Source of the DNA: Marsupella aquatica
Taxonomy: Eukaryota; Plantae; Marchantiophyta
Length of the DNA: 64,000 bases
Reading direction: 5' to 3'
Assembly: GCA_973895155.1 (NCBI GenBank)
Contig: OZ316893.1
Location: forward strand, 5,470,171-5,534,170
The position numbers and the translations under genes are program-made. Below the pieces are notes generated by a model. It made no database searches. It was not told the DNA's origin and was given only the letters and a program-made list of their open reading frames with translations. Positions 26,470-37,714 of the stretch are shown here, in pieces; position 1 is the stretch's first letter, and the number at the start of each line of letters is the position of its first letter.

Positions 26470-28110
26470 ATCAAAGCTCCACTCGAAACATGCAAAGCAT
26501 CTCACTCAAACAAGCCGGAAACCTTTTGCCGCCGATCATCTGGTAGGTATGCATAAGACGTAGGCAATTATCTGGTAGATGTGTATAAGATAGGCAATTT
26601 CCCCCATTTCACAGATTGCGCTAGAAAACCGAACAACCTTTGATCTTGGACACGCAGATTGGGTTAAAAACTGAACGCAGCAGAATATGAAGAAATGCAA
26701 GCAGTCACAATTACGCACTGAGATGGACGTTGAGTTAACATAGTGATTGGCTCCGGAGGACATGAAATAGAGTAATATTGTATACCTAGAAAATGATTGG
26801 TTGGGGTTGAATCTCTTCATAAGTCGAACCACTTCGTTTTCTGTAAGCAGGCGCTCGAAGCACAAGAATCGTCCAGAAGCATTTAAGCTCTCCATAGCTA
26901 AGACATGAGCTTCAGCAACTGTATCCAGGTGAGCAAAGGCCATGACTCCACTGCCTAGACCCTCAACGATGTTTGAGAACAGGGCCTCTGAGCTCTCGTA
27001 GCGCTCTATCGTACCATTTTCAGGGCCAATAACAATTGCCGGGTTCATGACCAACAGCTTCACACCTCTGTCTCGTGCCAAGGACCATGCTGCCTTCTCA
27101 GCCACCGTCTTGGCCAGAGCCGACCATGCCTTGCTCCTCCTGCACAAGTCAACGTTGCTCCAGCACCGCTCATCCACAGGTTTGACAGTTCCAGTCAAAT
27201 CATACTCCTGTCGAGAGTTAAACGCTACCGCTGAAGCCGAAGATGTGATTATCAAGCGCTCCACTGATGCTGTGGACGCACAAGCCTCCACGACATTCAA
27301 TGTCCCTCTCACCTCGGAATCCACTGCTTCTGCCTGTGTATATAGATATGCCCATATGCAATGCCAAAAGGTTATCAGAAACGTGATCAAGCAAGTGCTG
27401 TGTAGCCTCGATCCCGACGCCTCATAAACAAATCAAGAGGGGAGAGTTTTGTGGTACTCACCTGATACTAATTTTGTGGTACTCACCTGACTCTAATTTT
27501 GTGGTACTCGTGCTCAAACAAAAAACTATCCGTGGTTAATTACGATCACAAACAATCTAGGAAAAACAAATTTACAGATCTGCAGTTTAGATCAGTCCCA
27601 AACGGCTCGATCAAACATGGAACAGAGGCTCGAGGAACGTGAAATGCATTCAGTGTGGTACGCACAGGGTAATCGGGGAGCCCATTCAAAGATTCGCAAG
27701 GGGGAATTGTGAGGAACACAGCGGAACAGCCTTCAATCACATCCGTGAGGCTCTTATAGTCCAGCAAGTCTCTCGATTTGAGCTCAAGCAGCTGCTCCGC
27801 GCCGGGCATGACCATCATCTCCACTGCTTCCTCTGTCAGATCAAGCACCTGTTTATCGTCTGACACATCGATCGGTGGATGAAGGGAAAATGATAGATGT
27901 TCTTTGGCCGGACATGGTACAAAACAGAATTTATGGACAAAAAGATCGTGCGAGAGAGTTACCAGGTGAGCATCCAAGGGCTGAGTGTACACAGTACCCT
28001 TTCTCAAGCAATTTGCGCACCAGCCACCGCCCGAGAAGCCCATAATTGCCCACTACAGCAACTTTCTGGCCACCATAAGCATCACCACCTAGTTCTCTCC
28101 TTACGTCCAT
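26470..28110 (-). CDS. cinnamoyl-CoA-reductase-like (SNL6/DFR-like extended SDR); exons 28110-27963, 27832-27666, 27333-26786, plus an uncertain short last exon near 26539-26470
   Basis: Rossmann motif KVAVVGNYGLLGRWLV, DLLDYKSL...GCSAVF, EVRGTLNVVEACA, ITSSASAV, DERCWS, LAKTVAEKAAW, MNPAIVIGP, ASGRFLC; first two GT-AG introns join in frame. Confidence 0.9.
27447..27509 (-). repeat. 25-bp tandem repeat in intron 2 of the CCR-like gene carrying splice-site consensus
   Basis: TTTTGTGGTACTC(ACCTGA) three times; the sense strand reads TTAG-nnTCAG-GTGAGT twice. Confidence 0.85.
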
Positions 28111-29499
28111 GCTCTAATTATCCTCGTAATTATCCCTCTTTGACAGCCCAATATCACTGCAGAATGGACTATTTGTAACTGATGATGAATACTATTTAAG
28201 GAAGGGATTGAAGCTCAACCGGGCGTTCGAAAAGCATGACTGCATTCCTTGCGAAAAGCAGCAGTTTTGGGTGGTGGAAAACTCAACAGCCTAGATTTGA
28301 ATTGTTGTTCCCTCATTCGACGATCATGTACCAAGAACAGGATCAACGATGTATAGATCATACAAAGTTGTGCACTCGAATGTTTCCAAATCTATTTACC
28401 TACAGATTCAGATCATGCTCACGACCACTCTATATTTGTCACAGTCGTACGTACATTTGTTCGAGAGGAACTCCCAGCATTTGACAATATATTCTGTCGA
28501 GCAGCAATTCAATCAGTGTCAAATAGTTCAGAGCTTCCCAACCCAGAACAGGCCCCAGCATATGCGCGAGGCATGAACCATTTAACCTAGGGACTGGAGT
28601 CCTGAATTACCGGTCCTGTCTCTCCCTTATATCCATGTTCACAATTCTGTGTTCAGGCACGATTCATCATCAAACGTATTTCATTCTGCTCCTCTGTCCC
28701 CTCGCTGGACTGGCCAGCAAAAATATGTCACGCATTTCATTCCCTCACTTCTTCTCCACTGGTGTTATGCGTCGCAATTGTATTTAGCTGCAACCACGTC
28801 TCTTCAGTCGATCTTCACCAGTGCTCCTGTAGATCGTTTGCAGCTGACCTTCTGCCCCAGCTGCAGGAGACTTCTGAAACTGAACAGCCTCAAACTGGGA
28901 AATTCTGGGAAGCGCATCAATGCTCCAAGGACACGCCCTCGAGGAATTTCGAGGCAGATTTGGGCAATCGCGACACAGCAGCAATGAATGTACACAGCGT
29001 AAGTCACCGTCGCCAGCATGATGTCCAGGCATGAACGCTTGACATCCAACAGACTCCAGCTATAATAAGAAAACCACCCTGAGAGCAATTGGTTTTTGTT
29101 TTGTTTTGTATGTTTTTGCTCTTAAGTATCTTTAAATTTTTCTACATTTTGGGTGGCGGTCTAGCTCGGGCAGGCAGGTGAGGCAGGAAGGGTGCATGGG
29201 TGGATCTGCTGGTGCAGAAAAATTCATCTTTTGGTCAACGGCTCAGATTTTCTCCCTCGTTTTTAGCTTTTCGCAGACCATCCCTATTTTGGAGAGATTG
29301 CTTATCATAGCGAGAAGTGAGATAAGCAAGAAGTACAAAATAATTGGCTTATCGTCAAGAAGTGAGAAGGCCAATTTACAAAAATATGAAACAAAGTACT
29401 TTACAATGAAGTAAAAGCAAAGGAGTTCCCCAAAAGCACCAAACTCAACAGGTATCAATAGGAGAAAAAGGTTTGAACAGAGTAAAACAGCAGAATGAG

Positions 29500-30300
29500 A
29501 TGTGACCGTAACAGTCACAATGTGACGGTACAAGTAAAGTGACCCACTTTTGCCAAGCAGAAGCTTCTCAAGTTTCCAGAAGATCATACTTCAGGGCTAT
29601 GTGGAATGTATTGAAAATCTAGTTTGTCAATTCCAAAGCCAATTGGGGTTGTGCAGAATGACATGGAAGGAGCTGGCATATTGGAAAGGAATGTTAGGAA
29701 TTTCCGTTGAGGAAAAAAGAAGCGTCACCTGAACTGAGTCAAATTATGGCGAGTTGTTTGCTTCCTTGGGAGTACAGATCTCAACGAAAGCAACAGCCCA
29801 AAAAGCCCAACAACCGCACCACTAGAAATCGCCACCAAATCGTTGGCCTCTGTGGACATGCAAAAAGATTGCCAACCCATGCCTTGCCAACTTCGATATT
29901 TATAGCGTTGTTGACTAGTTCCCTTCGTACTCCTTTTGTCGCAAAAGGTTCAATGGTGTGCGAGACCCTGCTGGAAAGCATTTTTGCTCACTCCCCCCCA
30001 GCTGCTTGGAAAACTCGTTTTTCATCCAGAACCTTATCTGGGCATCTTTTCCATGGTACCAGGAAAGTACAATCTGAACAAGCTGTATGGAGGCTTTCCA
30101 GGGAAGACTTGCAAAACTTTGGCTAGAACTCAAGCTGCGAGTGTAGGCGGGGCATTTGTCATCTCGTTGAACTCATTTGTGGACCTACAAGTTGGCAGCC
30201 CTCAACTCGTGGGACATATTTCAGCTCATTGAAACCGTTAGGGGGCCTATAAGTTGGAGGCCCTCAAACCTGGGGAATGGAGGCTCCAACTGGTTCTAAA
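29500..30300 (+). mobile_element. possible highly degenerate LINE ORF2 relic
   Basis: Broken Trp-rich ORFs with HLF...W spacing typical of the post-RT zinc-finger region. Confidence 0.3.
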
Positions 30301-31856
30301 GAAAGCTGCCATCTTGTGCCGTCCATAATATCTGCTTGAACCCAGAAACACAACCCATTCCCTCTCACCTTTCAAAGGAAGAACGCAAAGGAACACATAT
30401 AACGGCCATAACGTCAATGGACCCCAACTCAAGAGTGAAAACTCCCCATAAGGTGGGAAACCCACGGCAGCTGAGTCCAACTCAATTCAATAATATATGC
30501 AAGCGAAAACTGGAGGGCGACAATCGTTGGTGTAAATTTGTGTAATGGATCAAGATGCTATGGCTTCAGGTCCAGGATACCAGCTCAACATGGACTTTGG
30601 TTAAAACAGATTTATCTGCTGCACAATAAAAAGATTATTTCCATGTTTGTCAACCCCTTAATCTCTGACTACCATATGGTGAATTAAAATACTAGTCTAC
30701 CAGGGGAATGGGGACAGTCTTCCAACTGCTGGTGGGCCCCCAGAAATTGCAATATGTCCCCCTTCAGACGAATCAAATGGTTGGGTCCCACAAAATTGAA
30801 GCACCCAAAAGTTCGACTTTAATTGGATGTTACAAAATCGTAATCCTCAAAGTTTAGCATATTGGATGCCACACATTTGTCGCGCTCAAATTTAAGAATA
30901 GGGGATGGTGAGTACCTAAAACAGAGTGCAAGGCCGAACAGGCTTGACCTTAAACACACTCATCCATTTTCCCCTTCTCAAAGGGACGCCCCACAACTTG
31001 CGAGCCCCTGCAACCTCAGACCTTCAGTAACGGCACGACGAGTTAGTAGCTCTACTATAGTTTGCGTCCTCGTTCCTATTCATTGTTTTCTTAAAACCTT
31101 GAGAACCTGGTTACGATAAGATTGAATTAGCTTTGATTCGCTGATGACTTCGGAGCAGTATGTACTAACGCGGTCTTTGGTCTGTCGAGCATATTATTAT
31201 TTTCATGATACTCTTATCTCTGAAAGTGGGAATATTCGAATCTGTTATCTGTGGGACACCTTGACAAATTCACAATCTGCCAAACTATAGTTTCTAAGGA
31301 ATTCCCCAAAATGTAGAAAACATCATGAAATCATGCAGAATACTACTATCAACTATCAATGACATCCAGCTTCTAGATCAGGAACAGCCACTTCCTAGTC
31401 CTCCAATAACGTTCTGGATTTCACGCATACCAGAAAACAAACCAGCACAGACAACTCGAGCCAAAATTTAAAAATGAAAATTGCCTAGCTCCTCCCATTC
31501 CTTTCCAGCCACACCTCATTCCCGGTGAAGCTCACTTAGTTGCCATTCTGACGAGAGAAATGTCTGTTGCCTCGACTAAGAAATCCATAAGGGAAGCAAA
31601 GAACTATTCCTTCTAGATATACTCGAAGTCACTCTTTTCGTGATGAGCTGACAAGCGACTACTTGATTCTATTTGACAGAAATCATGGTCAATACACAAC
31701 TTTATCCGATTATCAACGAAATGATCCAAATGCTTGAATGCCTTGAATAAACCATGAGATATTCTGGCATTCACATTTCAACTGAGCTTGTCGTTGCCTT
31801 TAGGCCAGAAGCCCCCTCACACCCCTCACAGATTTTAGAGGATTGACCTATGAGCC

Positions 31857-34800
31857 TTAGTTGGGAATCATTTGATGGACATTTGGACGTGGGACAGTTG
31901 AAGAACGGGATGGCAGCCCCAGTGAGTCAGCTATGCTACGGACCGCTGCAATCATTTCTAGTTGATCGCTTAATCTGTTCACAGCAGATCCGATACCCTG
32001 CGAGATGAAACATACTATCAGAAATAAATTATATCAAATCCACTGCGGTGTACAATCGATGAGGATCCGCTCTAAACTTGCGCCGACTAGCACTCAGGTA
32101 TCATTAACAGTAAAGAGGACTCACCACACCAGCGGCACCAGCTGCAATAGCCATGGGAGAAGTCACTACACTTAGTCCAGATGCACAAATTACAGGAACT
32201 TTCACTGCTCGGGAGATAGAAAAGGCTGCAGCCAAAGTTGGGGCCGCCTGCACTCACGGAAAGGACAGTCAGGACCAGTATCTCCTGTTATTGGAGTTGA
32301 ATTGGAGACCATATTTGGGATGTGAATGGTATTCCTCTGTATGGTCTTCCACTCCATTCGGCAAAATTGATTGCGGACCTGAATGATGGAAAAAGGACAT
32401 GGTCCTTGCGGTAAGGGCCAATCAGTCCAAATACCTTCTCGATCAAACCGTGAACACCAGGATTGGATGGCGCAGAGCTGGTTCCTCCCTCAGTCTGAAT
32501 TAAGTCAGCTCCTTCTTCTTCGAGCATTTCTGCAAGACGTACCTGAAATTGCCGTTGACAAGAAGATGAGTGTCCTTGTCACACAAATAGAATTTGTCAT
32601 GACCAAAAATCGGTTGCTGATGGAAAACTTGTCCACATCAGAAGCTCTTCAACAATTCTCGGGGGATTCATTAACACAAATCGCGGATCGCGAACGAAGA
32701 AAGAGGACCAAGAAAAAGACAAAGAATATTTTGAATCTGCATCGCGGTAGAGTCAGGGACAGGATACCTGTTCATCAAGAGGAAGTGTGTGAGGAACAGT
32801 GACAGAAAGGACAACATTTGGCAGCAACGTCCTCGTCCTTTTTGTGAGATCTAACACCTGCCAAAACATGCGGGATTGAACTGCTTCAGCCATGTGAACG
32901 TGAAACACAGCTAGCGGAACCTCAGGTCCTGTATACTCGTTTCGTTCAAATAAAGGCAGAAGAGTCAACATGCCCAGAACTGGATACCTCGTCTGCCGAA
33001 AAGACACGCCCAGTGCTGTAAAACCCATCATAGTTTCCGATTTCAATCTGCCAGTTCAACACAGAAGGTTAAAGATTGATGAGTCGGCGCTGAAAAGTAG
33101 GCAGGGGCTTCCGAAGGTTCTCCTTTTACTGAAGACGGTTTGCAACAACTTTGAAAGTTTCCAGCCCATTTGAAAACTTTTGCCTATCTGTCCAACCCAA
33201 CGAGCTGACTGTACATGACACCAAGCCCATATCAGAAAACAAGATTCCATAAGTATTATGATATGCTAAATTTATCTAACAACAGATAGTTTCAAAGTAA
33301 ATGAGAGCCATATTGAAAATTGTAGCTGAAACAAATATTTGGGAGTGAGATAGAGAATAACCATATGAGCTCCAGCTTCTACAGCAGGTACAAAAGCTTC
33401 GGGCTCGATTGATGAGACGCAGATCTGATTTCAAATGAACAACCGCCACATCCCAAAAAGTCAAAATACAGCTTTATACACCAGAAATTTAGAAATTGAC
33501 AATGAGTTTAAAGTCTTGTGCACATTGCTCCTTATCGTCCACACCCTGAGTAGTTACGACAACCATTTCTTCAAATGGGCGCTTCGTACCAGATACCTAT
33601 ATCTTACTTCAGTCAACCTAAAAGATGGTTTCTGTTGGCACTTCTCACCGGAAGGTTGGTCAGACTTGCAGCCAGTCGTACAAGATCCGCATTACAGGCG
33701 ATATCCACATGTGTGGCACCTCCCTGCAATACAACACAAGGGTAAGTTTTGTGTGAGTTGTTTCATTGCAAGAAAATGTCCTTTGCTACACCAACCCACA
33801 TTAAGAGAAAGAGTCCAGGCTTTGAGCTTTCACCTTCTCTGCTGCTATCACGACCTTTGCGACACTCTCGGCGTTGAAGTTATGCAGACCTGCAATCACC
33901 TACTGAAACGAATTCCTTGGGTAGTTAATGGCAACTGTTGCACAACGTTTGGTGATCCTTGCCAAATGAGAAGTCGGCAACAGCTCGCCATGGCATACCT
34001 CTGGCGGAGAGCGCTCCTCCGTTAGTCTAAGGTCAAATCTCAAAAATCTCATATGTACCCAGACCCTACAAGCGTGGTCCAGATTTTGGGGGAGAAAACT
34101 CTCATGAGTATCCAAAGCAACTAAAATTAGTCACGGAAATACAAAACCACTTCCTCATGACAGATTCACAGACTCATCCTGGGACAAGACAGCGTCAACC
34201 TAATTCTGATCCCAATGCTCAGGCTTTCTAAATCTGAGCTTGATAAGGCAGTTGCTACACCTGGTGAGCACAGAGTACAGCACTTCGAGAGATTCTCTCT
34301 GTTCATTCTCGTCCTGAGACAGCGCCAAGCTAACGTTTCCAGAAAGCAACCAGTTTCTGATGAGAACTGAGAACCCCCTAAACCCAAAGCCTTATTTGAT
34401 TCTTTCTACATCTAGCTGGGATAGAGTCATCCACAGAGTTCTAATTCATCAAATCTCACCTTGCGACAACAATTGGTCAAGCTAACATTTCTCTCCCGAA
34501 AACCGTCCTACGAGGCATTAACAATCCCGCATCCAAAAGCCAACCCAAACTATTTGACTTGGATACATGACTTCCAAATGACTTCTCTCGCCAAAAAACA
34601 AATCAGTTGATGTGAGAGATAGCCTGATTATTTCACTAACAAAGGCGGCCCACAATTCACTTACCTTAAGGCCTTGGCGAGCACCGAATTTCTCGACACA
34701 AAACTGCCTCACGGAATCCTCCTGCGAGGTTGAAGACGCAGCCGCCCTCACAAACGAGATTCTGGCGGAATTTTTCTGAAAGTCACCCTTTCGCCTCAGA

Positions 34801-34961
34801 TAAAACAGAGACGAGCTCCGGACACATTGTCCAAAGGAATGTCGAGAACCGAGTGGTGCTACACTCGCAGCAGCTCCCTGCTGCTGTCCTAGTGACCCCG
34901 ATGAGTGTTGGTGACCACAGAAGGAAGCAGCAGAAGACACTATCGCTGTGGCTGCTGCCAT
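31857..34961 (-). CDS. ycf23: nuclear-encoded plastid Ycf23 (DUF561) protein, about 340 aa; exons 34961-34665, 33899-33834, 33723-33649, 33424-33362, 33047-32988, 32857-32768, 32542-32435, 32247-32125, 31997-31857
   Basis: Ser/Ala-rich transit peptide, then LKVIAGLHNF, GGATHVDIAC, ICVSS, EIGNYDGFY, LSVTVPHTL, ADLIQTEGG, GLIEKAAPTLAAA, GAAGVGIGSAVN; eight GT-AG introns join in frame. Confidence 0.93.
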
Positions 34962-35955
34962 TTCTTCGTCGTCTTCTGCTGTTGGTGATGGACCGGTGAA
35001 TTACAATTTCACTCGTGAGCAATCGACAGCTGATTAATCACGAGCTTCTTCGCTGAAGGCAGCTCACAATGGTCACACTGGGCTCAAAAGCGGGCTTGAA
35101 CTCCCTTTTCCAATGAGTTGCCATGCAATATCTCTACAGAGACCCACCATAGCCTGGTCAGATGCAGTAGTTATTTTATTTTCTTCTTCTTCTTTCGTCG
35201 TTTGGGGGGATTGCATTAGTGTGAGTGGACACAATGGAAACCACCATAGCCTGGCCAGTCATTTCTATTATATTATTGGGGCGGGTGGTTGCAGTCGGCT
35301 TTGTCTCTTTCTAAACTTACAAGTTCTATACCAGTGCATTCCACTGAAAACCTGGAGGGTGTTGTGTACCCCCTAAATACCCTTCACCCTTTGCCCTGAC
35401 CTCCCTCGAATCTTTCTCTTGTGCCCACCCTCAGGTTGTTCTGCCATGTGGAGTATGGGTTTGTGAGGGAGGAAGTTCCCCCCTTCTATATGGCCTTCGC
35501 CTGCTACATTCATTATGTAGATATTCTGGATCCACTATGGTTTAGGTTTCTTGTGCATTTTCAAACCTTGTTTAAGTGCCCTTTGGACAGATCTAATGGT
35601 CAAGAAATATGCACCATTCATCCAATGGCCCTTGCTCATCCCTGCCTCAAACTCACCTAATAAGCAAATGATGGGAGAAAAGGGTGGGAGTGCATATTAA
35701 AGATTTTGGATCAACCATTCCCCCCAGTCTGTAGATAGGTGGGGTGACTAGTTTGACAAGTCCTGCCTTTTCAACCCAATTTTACATCTGCACTGAACCA
35801 TGCAATAATAAAAGTTGCTCTTCTGGCTGCCAGATTTCTATTCTGATATGTCAGATTTGGAATGCAAAAGCTTCCACTGGATGCCTCCACCACCTCTCTC
35901 CATTCTCTTTGGAGTATCCGATGTAGCAATCAAGAAACATATGGATGGTCACACA

Positions 35956-36035
35956 GCCATTAAAATTAGTGGAGACAGTTGACATCTTTTTTCAAGCCAT
36001 TAAAATTAGTCGAGACAGTTGAAATCATTTTACAA
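35956..36035. repeat. about 40-bp tandem duplication
   Basis: AGCCATTAAAATTAGT(G/C)GAGACAGTTGA twice. Confidence 0.85.
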
Positions 36036-36639
36036 GCATTGATGATAATGTGATTCATGATTGAGACAATGGGTGGGAATTACGGTCGGGTAAAGCGCAG
36101 ATGGAACCCTACAATCTCCAGTAGCCTCGTCAGTCACCGATTTACCTCACCGCGGATAGAGGGATGGCTGGGAATGCTCTCCGGGGGTCACTATGTAGGG
36201 AGTATGGCTTTCACTACCAACCGAATTCTGGACATCCTCTCCAACAGGAGGCAGGTCTTTGGGGTCATCACCATCTTCATTATCTTCTTCCCCGTCGAAC
36301 TCCCCTTCATCACCATTGGAATCCATGGGTACTGCCCTCTCTGTGTGTGAAATTCGCGGGGAAATTCGGAGGCACATTCTCTTGGTCAAGTACTGTCCTG
36401 GGGAAGGACACATATTCCTTCCTCAAGGGTTCCATTGATTTCAGTTGCTTCATGAGCTGAGGTATATGCTTGATGGCCGGGACCCCTGGCAGAACTTCTT
36501 TAACTGATAGGACCCTTTGAAAGTATTGCTACCAGCAGGAACCCCTCTGACACTTTTTTGCCAAAAGTTCTTGTACAGGTTCCTATAATGAGTTTTTGCT
36601 TGATACTGAGACCAACAACAACTATTGTGAAATTTATGG

Positions 36640-37356
36640 TGAACCGTGCCTGAACCACGAACAACACTGTCAAAAATGAGACACAACCTAAGATTGGCCC
36701 ATTTCACAAAAGCCATGTCTCATTTCAGGAGGAAGAACCCAGGTGTTGTCAAGAATGTTCCTAGGTCAATTTGCTCATTGGGATCCAAATGGAGCGAGAT
36801 CAACCATGATTGTGCAAAGTTCACTGGAGCTATGTCAACAATCATTGAGCTGAATGAGTCTGGCACAAACGAAGAGGAGCAAATGGAGAAGGTGAAGGCA
36901 CTTACCAGCAAACACGCAAGAAGGGCCTGGAGTTCACTAGGATGGCACCTGGAAAATCCTAATGGCTTGATTCTCCAAATTAAGTGGCAGGTTGCAGCAC
37001 AATTGAACGACAGTCAAGCTAGCATCTCAAGCAAGCCTCCAAGCGAACGAAGGTCAAGAATTCCCGAGATGCAGAGAATGAAGCAATTGATTTGGTTGAT
37101 GATGATAGCCCTACAAAAAAGCGTGCTATACGTGAGAGGGTTACGATCACCAATTAACAATAAGCAAAGGAGTTGGCTTCATTGGAGAGAAAGGTGTTGA
37201 AGAACAAGAGTTCATTGGCTGAATCAACTTCAGCAATAGCAGTTGCATAAAATTGGAGAGCTTGAGCCATGAAGGATGTGGATGAAATCCAATTGTTTTC
37301 AGGGAACATGGGAAATCAACGGGCCCAAAATTTCTTCAGGAAGAAGGGGGAGGTGG
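36640..37356 (+). pseudogene. degenerate PIF/Harbinger-associated Myb/SANT-like (NAM-associated) ORF, interrupted by the first copia
   Basis: RSICSLGSKWSEINHDCAKFTG...ESGTNEEE matches the R..SL..KW..IN..C.KF.G...SG.N pattern; frameshifted; flank resumes after 44175. Confidence 0.65.
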
Positions 37357-37700
37357 TGTTAGATATTGCTCTAGTCTTGTGACTCATGAGCTAACCACAG
37401 TTAGTCTAACTTGGGTTAGGACTTAGCTAATGTTAGCGCTAGTGCTGTTGTGTATATAGCCAGGGCTGATGCCAGACTCTGGTGGAACTTAGGCTCATTG
37501 TTACGGAGCTAGTTGAGAGATAGGGAGAGCTTGTGCTGTGGATGCTTGGTATGGCCGGTCGGCCTAGAGTGCAGTAAAGCTCTTGTGTGTTCCCGTGGAC
37601 GTAGCCTCATGTGGAGGTGAACCACGTATCTCTCTGTGTCGACTATTGTGCGTTGGATGGTTCATGGGCTTGCCGTTACGAATGTCGTCTATGCTCAACA
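37357..37700 (+). repeat. 5' LTR of copia A (344 bp)
   Basis: Matches 43827-44170 with one mismatch seen (GACTCT vs GACCCT). Confidence 0.97.
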
Positions 37701-37702
37701 AG

Positions 37703-37714
37703 TGGTATCAGAGC
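37703..37714 (+). promoter_or_regulatory. primer-binding site (initiator tRNA-Met)
   Basis: TGGTATCAGAGC two nt after the LTR. Confidence 0.95.

Noticed and set aside
35420-35950. Harbinger DDE transposase partner of the Myb-like relic
   Set aside because: No convincing catalytic motifs or TIRs could be read
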